Below, in pieces: positions 8,877-16,778 of a stretch of 64,000 nucleotides of DNA. The translations under genes were made by a program, and so were the position numbers. Each line of letters starts with the position of its first letter. Position 1 is the first letter of the stretch. Source of the DNA: Chloroflexota bacterium. GTDB lineage: Bacteria; Chloroflexota; UBA6077; JACCZL01. The DNA is taken from the NCBI GenBank assembly GCA_046328115.1, contig JAXLXE010000005.1:75597-139596 (forward strand), in the 5' to 3' direction. The notes below the pieces were generated by a model. It was not told where the DNA came from. It ran no database searches and saw only the letters and a list, made by a program, of their open reading frames with translations.

Positions 8877-10052
8877 CTACTGCTTGGGCCAGGGGTGGGC
8901 GCGGAGGACATCTTCATTGATATCCGTGCCCCAGCCGGGGCCGGTGGGCAGATAGATGTGGCCATTTTCGATGCGTGGGGGATTGGTGACCAGCGTCTGC
9001 TTCCAGGGGACATCGTCGATGTCGATCTCCATAACGCGGACGTTTGGCAGGACGGCACAGAGCTGGATTGAGTGGAGATCAGCCAGGTGGCTGTAGTAGT
9101 TGTGGGGGGCGACGGTGACGTCATACAGCTCGGCGAGGCGGCCGATGCGGACGGACTCTCCGAAGCCGTTCCAGGGGACGTCGATGATGGCGACATCGGT
9201 GGCACGTAGATCAAGAAATGGCTTGTACTGGCGGGCGCCGATGACACTCTCAAGAGAGGCGATCGTGTTGGTGGTGGATTCCTTGAGGCTGCGCAGGCTG
9301 CCGGGCTCCCAGGTGTCGTACTCGATCCATTGCATATTGAATTTCTCGAGTCTGCGGGCGATCTTGACGGCGGCTTCGAAGCGGAAGTTGTAGTTGAGGT
9401 CCAGGGCGATCTGGATGTTCGGCCCCGCGCCTTCGCTGAAGGCCGCGATCTGGGTCTCGATGTGGTCCAGGATCTCCGGCGTAACGGTGCCATCAGTGGT
9501 GTTTGGGCCGGCGTCGAACCCGGCGAAGTAGACGCGGGCGGGGTTGCCGGGGAAGACGATGTTGGTCTTGAGGGCGGTGAAGCCGCGGGACTTGACCTCC
9601 GCGCCCAGCTTCTTGATGTCATCCATGCTGCGTAGCTCGGGCAGGCCCAGCTCAGCGGCATGGCGGGCGCGGGTGGTGCCGCAGTGGGACCAGTAGAGGC
9701 GCATGCGGTCACGCGTGGGGCCGCCGAAGAGCTCGTACACGGGGACGCCGAGGGCGCGGGCCTTGATGTCCCAGAGGGCGAGCTCGATGCCGGCAATGGC
9801 TTTGTGGGACACGCCCAGGGGGTTCTGGCGGGCGGTGCGGATCATGTCCCAGTAGAGCAGCTCAACGGGACGGGGGTCTTTGCCGATGAGGAGGTGGGTG
9901 AAGTCGCGCACGGAGTGGGCAACGCCCAGGGGGTGGCGGCCGTCGCTGCACTCGCCCCAGCCGGTGATGCCGGTGTCTGTCTCGATCTTGACAAAGGTCC
10001 AGGGGCGCCAGCCAGCGTCGCAGTTAAAGGCTTCAACCTTGGTGATCTTCAC
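8877..10052 (-). CDS. enolase-superfamily enzyme, tandem paralog of the preceding gene
   Basis: A GTG start at 10052 is preceded by GGAGGA. The protein begins VKITKVEAFNCDAGWRPWTFVKIETDTGITGWGECS and is colinear with the neighbour over its full length. The 455-aa track ORF is an upstream over-extension. Confidence 0.9.
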   Translation of the reverse strand: MKITKVEAFNCDAGWRPWTFVKIETDTGITGWGECSDGRHPLGVAHSVRDFTHLLIGKDPRPVELLYWDMIRTARQNPLGVSHKAIAGIELALWDIKARALGVPVYELFGGPTRDRMRLYWSHCGTTRARHAAELGLPELRSMDDIKKLGAEVKSRGFTALKTNIVFPGNPARVYFAGFDAGPNTTDGTVTPEILDHIETQIAAFSEGAGPNIQIALDLNYNFRFEAAVKIARRLEKFNMQWIEYDTWEPGSLRSLKESTTNTIASLESVIGARQYKPFLDLRATDVAIIDVPWNGFGESVRIGRLAELYDVTVAPHNYYSHLADLHSIQLCAVLPNVRVMEIDIDDVPWKQTLVTNPPRIENGHIYLPTGPGWGTDINEDVLRAHPWPKQ

Positions 10053-10113
10053 GGTGGTCCTCCCGGGGTGACGGGGCGATGATAGCGCGGATGCGGGTTG
10101 GGAGCGCGCGGGC

Positions 10114-12114
10114 GTGGCCCAGTACATTAGCGCCGTGCCAAATGAGCGGCGGGTTTCATGGTCTGAGCTAGCGGTGCTCGCGCTGGTCACGGCGGTGAGC
10201 GGGGTGCTGCGGGGGGTGTGGCTGGAGGAGTATCCGTCTGGCATCCACGTGGACGAGGCGGCGATGGCGCTGCTTGCGCGGGATGTGCTTCAGGGCACCG
10301 GGCCGCATCCGCTGAGCTTCGCCTTTGTGCGGGAACCGGCGCTGTTCATCCACGCGGAGGCGTGGTTGATGGCGCTGCTCGGTGGTGGGATGGCGCCGAT
10401 CCGGGCGCTCGCGGCGGTGGCGGGGACACTGACGGTTCCAGCGGTGTGGTGGCTTGCGAGGCAAGGCTATGGCCCGGCGGTGGGTCTGGTTGCCGCGGGG
10501 TTAGTTGGATTCACCAGCGCGCACATCCACTTCAGCAGGCAGGCGCTGAACATCATCGAGATACCGCTGTTCGGGGTGGTGGCGCTGGCGGCTGCCTGGC
10601 GGGGGGTGGCGACGGGGAGGTTGGGCTGGCACGCGGTGGCGGGCCTGGCTCTGGCAGTGGACCAGTTCGCGGCGTTTGGCTCGCGGCTCTGGATCTTCGT
10701 CCTGGCCGGCGCGTACGCAATCTTGCTGATTGCCAATCGACGGGCGTGGCGCGGCGTGGCGACCGGTGGAGCAGTGGCGGCCGCGACGTTTGCCCTGGTG
10801 ATGTTGCCGATGGTGGTGCACAACCTGGATCAACCGTCGCTATTCTGGGACAGGGTGCAGGCCAGATCTGTGTTTCGGCGGTGGGACCAGGCGACGGAGA
10901 TCCACGGGACGACGAGCCCAGTGGGCGTGATGCTGGGTCAGGTGAAGATCAACCTGCTGGCGTACGTGAGCGAGCCGGATCGCGGGACGTTTTACGAGTT
11001 TTCGCGCGAGCCGCTGTTCTTTGAACCGGTGGGCGCGCTCTTTTTTATAGGGCTGGCCATGGCGCTGTGGCGGGCGTGGCGGCCTGAAAACGCGGTGCTG
11101 CTGCTGGCGTTCGCGGGCGTCCTGAGCGGGGGCGTGCTGAGCGCGGCGTCTCCGCAGTTCCAACGGTTAGTACTGGCACTGCCGGTGGCGTGCGTGCTGG
11201 CCGCGGTTGCGGCCGTAGGTGTGGCGAACGCGCTGTCCAGGTGGCTGGCGCGTGACGCGGCGATGCGCGAGCGGGTGGGTGGCTGGCTACTGGGAACACT
11301 CCTGGTGGCAACGGCACTGGATGGGGCAGACGCGGTGTTTCGGCGGCACCCGGCGACGCACCCCTGGCAGCCGGCCACGGCCTGGGCGCGGTGGGCCGGT
11401 GGTCTGCCCGGCGACGCGGAGGTGCTAGTAGCGGGCGGGGATGACCTGGGCGCGGCGGACGAGCGAATCCGGTACCTGGCGAGTGGTGCAAGCGTAAAGG
11501 ACCTGGCGAATCCGACTGTGGAGCTCCCTGGAGCCGTGGCGGCCGGGCGGGACGTGGTGATTGGCCTGAGCCCAAAGCTGGACGACTGGGTGCCGCTACT
11601 CCAGTTCCAACTCCCTGGGATGGCCGTACGGCCGGTGACGGGGCCAGACGGGGACCTGCTGCTGTATGAGCTGCGCGGCGCGGGTGGGGAGTGGCGGGGT
11701 GACGGCGGCCGCGGGCTGCGCGGCGAGCTGGTGGTGGAGGGTCGCGGGGCGGGGGCGGCACTGGAACGGCTGGATCCGGCCGTGGCGTTCCGCGAGGCGT
11801 CTCGACTGTCCGCGGGAGCGCCGTTTCGGGCAACCTGGGCGGGAACGCTGACACCCCCGGCGGCGGGGCTCTATCGGCTAGAAGTGTTCACTGATGGCGG
11901 TGTGGACCTCTTGCTTGGTGGCCGATCCGTGGTGCAGGGCCGGCCGGCCCCAGAGGCACGATCGCTGCGAGCGGACGTGCCGCTCGGCCGCGAGGCGAGC
12001 CCGATTGAGCTACGGTACGTGTACCAGCGCGGGCGCGGGACGCTGGAGCTTCGCTGGCGACCGCCGGATGGGCAGCGGACGGTGATCCCGCCCACGGCGC
12101 TCCGGCCGGCGTGA
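10114..12114 (+). CDS. GT-C/GT39 (ArnT/PMT-like) polytopic membrane glycosyltransferase-like protein with C-terminal PA14-like domain
   Basis: Multiple hydrophobic helices, with a first-loop HVDEAA (DE motif). The C-terminal part, GLYRLEVFTDGGVDLLLGG...IELRYVYQRGRGTLELRW, is PA14-like. Confidence 0.75.
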   Translation: MAQYISAVPNERRVSWSELAVLALVTAVSGVLRGVWLEEYPSGIHVDEAAMALLARDVLQGTGPHPLSFAFVREPALFIHAEAWLMALLGGGMAPIRALAAVAGTLTVPAVWWLARQGYGPAVGLVAAGLVGFTSAHIHFSRQALNIIEIPLFGVVALAAAWRGVATGRLGWHAVAGLALAVDQFAAFGSRLWIFVLAGAYAILLIANRRAWRGVATGGAVAAATFALVMLPMVVHNLDQPSLFWDRVQARSVFRRWDQATEIHGTTSPVGVMLGQVKINLLAYVSEPDRGTFYEFSREPLFFEPVGALFFIGLAMALWRAWRPENAVLLLAFAGVLSGGVLSAASPQFQRLVLALPVACVLAAVAAVGVANALSRWLARDAAMRERVGGWLLGTLLVATALDGADAVFRRHPATHPWQPATAWARWAGGLPGDAEVLVAGGDDLGAADERIRYLASGASVKDLANPTVELPGAVAAGRDVVIGLSPKLDDWVPLLQFQLPGMAVRPVTGPDGDLLLYELRGAGGEWRGDGGRGLRGELVVEGRGAGAALERLDPAVAFREASRLSAGAPFRATWAGTLTPPAAGLYRLEVFTDGGVDLLLGGRSVVQGRPAPEARSLRADVPLGREASPIELRYVYQRGRGTLELRWRPPDGQRTVIPPTALRPA

Positions 12115-13292
12115 TGCGGGAGCGCGGAAGCGGTGTGGCGCGGCTGGCGGTGGCGGCATTCGGGCTGGCGCTGGCGCTGGTCCTGGGGGAGATCGGCCTG
12201 CGGCTGGCCTCACCCATTCCCCCGGATCAGCTCCTGCCGCTGACGTACAAGCGAGATCGCCTGCGGCGGCTGGCGACTGGCGACACCTACGTGCGGTTCG
12301 ACCAGGAGCTGGGTTGGGTGACGATGCCGGGGGTGACGCGGCGGGACACGCAGTTCACGTATCGGAACAACCGGGCGGGCCTACGGGCAGAGCGCGAGTA
12401 CACGACGGCGGCGCCCGCAGGGGTGCGGCGCCTGGCGGCGTTCGGCGAATCGTTCACATATTGCCAGGAGAGCGATTTCGATGACTGTTGGACGGACCTA
12501 CTGGAGCGAGAGTGGACGGGGACGGAAGTGCTGAACTACGGGGTGCCCGGCTACGGTCCAGACCAGGCCTGGCTGCGCTATCAGCGGGAGGGCGCGGAGT
12601 ATCGGCCGTGCGGCGTGCTCATCGGGTTCATGGCAGAGAACGTGAACCGGGTCGTGAATCGGTTTTTCCCGTTCTACCAGCCTGACACCGGGCTAGTGGC
12701 CGGCAAGCCGCGTTACGTGGCCCGGGATGCTGGGCTGGAGCTGGTGCCGAACCCGGTAGCGGATCCGCGGCAGATGGAGGATCCGGCCTGGGTGGAACGA
12801 GAGCTCGGCCCGGGCGATCGCTGGTACTTCCCAGGACTGTTCGCGGGCAGCGCGTTCGATCGCCTGATGGTGTACCGGGTGGGGCGATCGGCGGCGTATC
12901 GATTTGCGCGGGACGATGCGACGACGCGGGCGATGGAGCGCTCGTATGCGGGCCGGGACGAGGCGTTTCAGTTGACCGTGCGGATCCTGACGGCGTTCGC
13001 GCGGCAGGTGGAGGCGAACGGGGCCCGATCCGTGGTGATCGTGTTCAGCCCAGCGAGCGAGATCGAGGCGCAGATGGGCAGCCGCGCGCCGATCTACTCG
13101 CCGCTGCTCGCGGCGTTGCGGGCCGAGAACGTACCGGTGGTAGACGTGACGGACGCGCTGGTGGCGCGCGCACGCCAGGTGGGGGTCAACGGCGTGATCC
13201 AGTTCCACTATCGGGAGGCGGGCAATCGGGCGGTGGCGGAGGCGCTGGCACAGCGACTGCCGCCGCTGATTGGATCATGCGGCGGAGCGTGA
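12111..13292 (+). CDS. SGNH/GDSL-like hydrolase family protein (membrane-anchored)
   Basis: N-terminal hydrophobic segment, AAFGESFTYCQ (block I-like) and NYGVPGYGPDQAW. The start overlaps the upstream stop (GTGATG). It is a paralog of 19747..20985. Confidence 0.6.
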   Translation: MMRERGSGVARLAVAAFGLALALVLGEIGLRLASPIPPDQLLPLTYKRDRLRRLATGDTYVRFDQELGWVTMPGVTRRDTQFTYRNNRAGLRAEREYTTAAPAGVRRLAAFGESFTYCQESDFDDCWTDLLEREWTGTEVLNYGVPGYGPDQAWLRYQREGAEYRPCGVLIGFMAENVNRVVNRFFPFYQPDTGLVAGKPRYVARDAGLELVPNPVADPRQMEDPAWVERELGPGDRWYFPGLFAGSAFDRLMVYRVGRSAAYRFARDDATTRAMERSYAGRDEAFQLTVRILTAFARQVEANGARSVVIVFSPASEIEAQMGSRAPIYSPLLAALRAENVPVVDVTDALVARARQVGVNGVIQFHYREAGNRAVAEALAQRLPPLIGSCGGA

Positions 13293-13325
13293 CTGCGAAG
13301 GCGGGGGCGTTCAGTCTGTGAGTGT

Positions 13326-13346
13326 GGCGCGCCAGACTGGCGCGCC
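13326..13346. terminator. GC-rich perfect palindrome downstream of the SGNH gene (possible terminator or operator)
   Basis: GGCGCGCCAG-A-CTGGCGCGCC lies 34 nt after the stop at 13292, nested with CAGTCTG (13312-18) / CAGACTG (13333-39). There is no T-tract. Confidence 0.35.
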
Positions 13347-13489
13347 GAGCAGACGGAGGGCGAAGTCGAAAGGTTTTGGGCCCTGAGATGGTCGCGCGCC
13401 GTCTACCGGACGCCGCGGAGGCATGGGTGCGACGGAAGCCGCTCGACTCCGACGACGCCTGCAACCGGCTAAGCTATCGGCGTTCTGGG

Positions 13490-14650
13490 ATGACCTCAGG
13501 TCGGCGGTGGAGGCGTGTGGTGCGGATAGCGAGCGTGGAATCGTTGCTGCTGGCCGGCGGGCACTATGTGCGAATCACAACGGACAACGGCATCGTGGGC
13601 GTGGGGCAGTCGGCGGCGTGGGCGTATCCGGAGGCGACGGACCAGGTGGTGCGGACGTTCGGCGCGTACCTGGTGGGACAGGACCCGCTAAAGATTGAGC
13701 ACCATTGGCAGCACCTGTACCGGATGGGACCGTTCCGGGGGTCAATCCTCACGGCAGCAGTGAGCGCCGTGGACATCGCGCTGTGGGACATCAAGGGACA
13801 ACACTTCCAGGCGCCCATCTGGGAGCTGCTAGGCGGTGCATGCCGCGACCGGGTGAGGCTGCACCTGCTGATGCGACGAGGCACGCCGGATGAGATCGCG
13901 GCGCAGGCCCGGGCGGCGGCGGAAGATGGGTTCACGGCGATCAAGTTCGATCCCCTGCCCGTGGGCTTCCAGGACCTGACGCTGGATGGGCTGGTGAGCG
14001 AGGCGGCGGACCGGGTGGCGGCGGCACGCGCGACGGTCAAGAGCGACGTGGACATCATCCTCGAGCTGCACCGGTGTCTGACGCCGCTTCAGGCGCTCCC
14101 GGTGTGCGAGGCGCTGGCGAAGTTCCGGCCGCTGTTCATCGAAGACCCGGTGCAGATTGACAGCATCGCATCGCAGGCGGAGATCGCGCGCAGACTGACA
14201 GTACCGATCGCCAATGGTGAGCGGCTGCACACCATCTGGGAGTTTCGGGAGCTGCTGGCGTACGGCGGCAGCCAGTACGCGCGGCCCGACGTGGGGCTGG
14301 CAGGCGGCTTGACGCAGACCAAGAAGATCGCGGCGCTCGCAGAGTCGTACCACGCGGCGGTGGTGACCCATAACTACCTGGGTCCTGTACTGACGGCGGC
14401 CTCCGTTCACCTGGACGTGGCGATTCCTAACTTCGTGGTCCAGGAGTACCACCTGGTGGACGAGGGGCCAATGGGCGAGGCGTTTCCCGGCGGACCGCGG
14501 CGGACGGGCGGCTACCTACCCGTGCCAGAGTCCCCTGGACTGGGTGTGACGATCGACGAAGCGAGGGCGCGTGCGCTGCCCAGGCACCCCAGCTTCGATC
14601 CGCTGGGTGTGCCCTATCGGCGCGACGGATCCGTGGCGTACTCGGTGTAG
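13490..14650 (+). CDS. enolase-superfamily enzyme (D-galactonate dehydratase-like), third paralog
   Basis: VRIASVESLLLAGGHYVRITTDNGIVGVGQS...AVDIALWDIKG...FIEDP. The start is uncertain (ATG 13490 or a nearby GTG); the 442-aa track ORF is probably over-extended. Confidence 0.85.
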   Translation: MTSGRRWRRVVRIASVESLLLAGGHYVRITTDNGIVGVGQSAAWAYPEATDQVVRTFGAYLVGQDPLKIEHHWQHLYRMGPFRGSILTAAVSAVDIALWDIKGQHFQAPIWELLGGACRDRVRLHLLMRRGTPDEIAAQARAAAEDGFTAIKFDPLPVGFQDLTLDGLVSEAADRVAAARATVKSDVDIILELHRCLTPLQALPVCEALAKFRPLFIEDPVQIDSIASQAEIARRLTVPIANGERLHTIWEFRELLAYGGSQYARPDVGLAGGLTQTKKIAALAESYHAAVVTHNYLGPVLTAASVHLDVAIPNFVVQEYHLVDEGPMGEAFPGGPRRTGGYLPVPESPGLGVTIDEARARALPRHPSFDPLGVPYRRDGSVAYSV

Positions 14651-14652
14651 CA

Positions 14653-15414
14653 ATGCGGGTGCTGCTGGTGGGCGGAAGCGGGCACGTGGGATCGTTTGTG
14701 ACGCCGTACTTGCGGGAGCGTCACGAGCTGCGGGTGCTTGATCTTGCGCCGCCGCGACACGCTGGCTTGGATTATGTCAAGGGGTCAATCACCGACACGG
14801 CGGCGCTGGCGCGTGCGCTTGACGGTGTGGACACGTTCATCAATATGGTCATGAAAAGCCCCCAGGGCGGGTCCGTGACCGATCAGGACGAGAAGATCAT
14901 CCGCGAAAACTACGAGGTGAACACGCTGGGGCTACATCTGCTGCTGTGGACGGCCCAGGGGATGGGGATCCGGCGCGGCGTCCACACGAGCACCGTAAGC
15001 GTGCACCACCGCGAACGCGAGCACTTCCCTGGCGAGGAGATGGTGCCGCTGGATACGCCGAGCGCGTACGGGCTGACGAAGGGCTTTGGGGAGCTGATAT
15101 GCCAGTACTTCTGCCGCTGGTTTGACATGAACATCGTGGCGCTCCGCATCAGCGGGCCGCGGACCCGCGAGCAATACACCGAGGAGCGGCGTGAGCCGAG
15201 GCTGGGCGCGCGTGGACGGCGGCGAGTGTACCCCCTGGATGAGGCGGACCTGGGACGGGCGTACCTTGCCGCGCTGGAGGCGGTGCAGACCGGGCACGGT
15301 CGGTTCGACGCGGCGTATGTGACGGGCGACGAGCGCGAAGAGGAGTGGAACATGTCAAGGGCGCGGCGACTGCTGGGATGGCTGCCGGAGTCGCAGCGTT
15401 TGCTGGGAGGTTGA
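14653..15414 (+). CDS. NAD-dependent epimerase/dehydratase (SDR) family protein
   Basis: MRVLLVGGSGHVGSFVTPYL is a Rossmann GxxGxxG motif; YGLTK is a YxxxK catalytic motif. Confidence 0.85.
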   Translation: MRVLLVGGSGHVGSFVTPYLRERHELRVLDLAPPRHAGLDYVKGSITDTAALARALDGVDTFINMVMKSPQGGSVTDQDEKIIRENYEVNTLGLHLLLWTAQGMGIRRGVHTSTVSVHHREREHFPGEEMVPLDTPSAYGLTKGFGELICQYFCRWFDMNIVALRISGPRTREQYTEERREPRLGARGRRRVYPLDEADLGRAYLAALEAVQTGHGRFDAAYVTGDEREEEWNMSRARRLLGWLPESQRLLGG

Positions 15415-15417
15415 AGG

Positions 15418-15747
15418 ATGGCGTTCGACGAGCACCTGGCCGGGCGAATCCGCGCGCATCTGTCGTCGCGCTCGGACGTGGTTGAGAAGAAGATGTTCGG
15501 GGGCATCTGTTTCATGGTGAGCGGCAACATGGCGTGCGGGGTTCACAAGGACTCCCTGATCGTGCGGATGGGCCCGGACCAGGCAGCCGCGCGCCTGGAG
15601 CGGCCCGGCGCGCGGGTATTCGACCTGACCGGTCGTGCCATGAAAGGCTGGCTGACGGTAGAGCCGGCTGGCCTCACCAGCGACGCCACGCTCCACGAAT
15701 GGCTGGAACTGGGCACGGCCCACGCGGCCTCGCTGCCACCGAAGTGA
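15418..15747 (+). CDS. TfoX/Sxy N-terminal-domain family protein
   Basis: A 109-aa protein containing RSDVVEKKMFGGICFMVSGNMACGV, typical of the TfoX_N family. Confidence 0.75.
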   Translation: MAFDEHLAGRIRAHLSSRSDVVEKKMFGGICFMVSGNMACGVHKDSLIVRMGPDQAAARLERPGARVFDLTGRAMKGWLTVEPAGLTSDATLHEWLELGTAHAASLPPK

Positions 15748-15780
15748 TGGCGTGGCCTTGGGGACAGGGATGGGCCGCAC

Positions 15781-15807
15781 GCGAATTGGCAGAGTTTGCC
15801 AATTCGC
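15781..15807. promoter_or_regulatory. perfect inverted repeat upstream of parD (putative ParD/ParDE operator)
   Basis: GCGAATTGGCA-gagtt-TGCCAATTCGC has 11-bp perfect arms and ends 25 nt before the parD GTG. TTGGCA inside the left arm could be a -35 element. Confidence 0.5.
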
Positions 15808-15832
15808 GCACACTAGTGACGAGGGTAGACCT

Positions 15833-16120
15833 GTGCCCACACGAAACATCAGCCTGACCGACCGCCTGAATGAGTTCGTCGACAGCGCTGTCGCTGATGG
15901 CCAGTTTCAGAACGCCAGCGAGGTCGTTCGAGCCAGTCTCCGGCTCCTCGAACAACAGCGACGCGAGGATGTAGCCCGGCTCGAGGCCCTTCGGGCAGCC
16001 GTCGATGTTGGCCTGGAAGAACTGAACCGCGGCGAGGGGGTCACCGTGGCGCTGGAGGACCTGGGCGACTTCATCACCGGTATCGGCGAGAGAGTAGAGC
16101 AGAGACTCGCCCGTCAATAG
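15833..16120 (+). CDS. parD: type II antitoxin, ParD family (RHH)
   Basis: GTG start. VPTRNISLTDRLNEFVDSAVADGQFQNASEVVRASLRLLEQQ is the canonical ParD N-terminus. Confidence 0.85.
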   Translation: MPTRNISLTDRLNEFVDSAVADGQFQNASEVVRASLRLLEQQRREDVARLEALRAAVDVGLEELNRGEGVTVALEDLGDFITGIGERVEQRLARQ

Positions 16121-16126
16121 GCGCGC

Positions 16127-16511
16127 ATGCGTCGCGCCACATTCACCCCCGCCGCGATCCGGGACATCGAGTCGATTCTGGAGTGGAGCGAGGCTCGATT
16201 CGGTGCCGACGTTCGGCAGCGGTACGGACAACTCATCCAGGCCGCCGTCACCGATGGCGCGGAGGATCCTGTTCGACCCGGTACCCTGCCCCGAAACGAA
16301 CTGCGTCCAGGAATCAGGACATTTCACCTAAATGCTCAGCCGCGCGCTCGGCCGGGGCCGTACGGTGCGGATACAGCGCCCCCGACACATCCTCGTCTAC
16401 CGGGCAGCACACGCCGACCAGGTCGAGATCGTTCGCGTGGTGCACGACGCCATGGAGCTCGCGCGGCACATTCCGAATGACGATCCGCCCGCGGGGGACG
16501 CGACTCGCTAG
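16127..16511 (+). pseudogene. parE: type II toxin, ParE/RelE family, interrupted by a 1-nt frameshift
   Basis: The N-terminal part, MRRATFTPAAIRDIESILEWSEARFG...GIRTFHL, is in frame 2. The conserved C-terminal part, MLSRALGRGRTVRIQRPRHILVYRAAHADQVEIVRVVHDAMELARHIP, is in frame 0 and begins right after a TAA at 16329-31. The shift lies in or next to the AAA run at 16330-16332. Confidence 0.7.
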
Positions 16512-16778
16512 CGTCGCGTGCTGATGTCTGTGAGCCGAACCGGCGCCGCGAACGCGGTGTGTGGGCAACTTCCCGCGTCGGACGCTCACACCCGCCTCGG
16601 TCGATGATCCGAGCCATCAGCCGGCCAACTGCCCGCCATTTAGCGGGAGTGACCTGAGGTTCGCGTCAATTCGCGCGCACATCTCACCCGCGCGGACGAG
16701 CTCACAGGTACCGCGCGGCCGGCAGAAAGCCGAGCACGCAGAGCTTGCCCCCAAAGCGGTCGTCTGGGATGATGAAGC

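Noticed and set aside
8211-9796. 210-aa and 318-aa minus-strand ORFs overlapping the tandem enolase genes
   Set aside because: These are off-frame readings (Pro/Ser/Ala/Thr-rich) of the same strand. The enolase frames carry the conserved family motifs.
16325-16335. Programmed ribosomal frameshifting in parE (and at the G6 tract at 24554-24559)
   Set aside because: No slippery heptamer plus stimulatory structure of a recognised type is evident. Simple indel mutation or sequencing error is the more parsimonious explanation.
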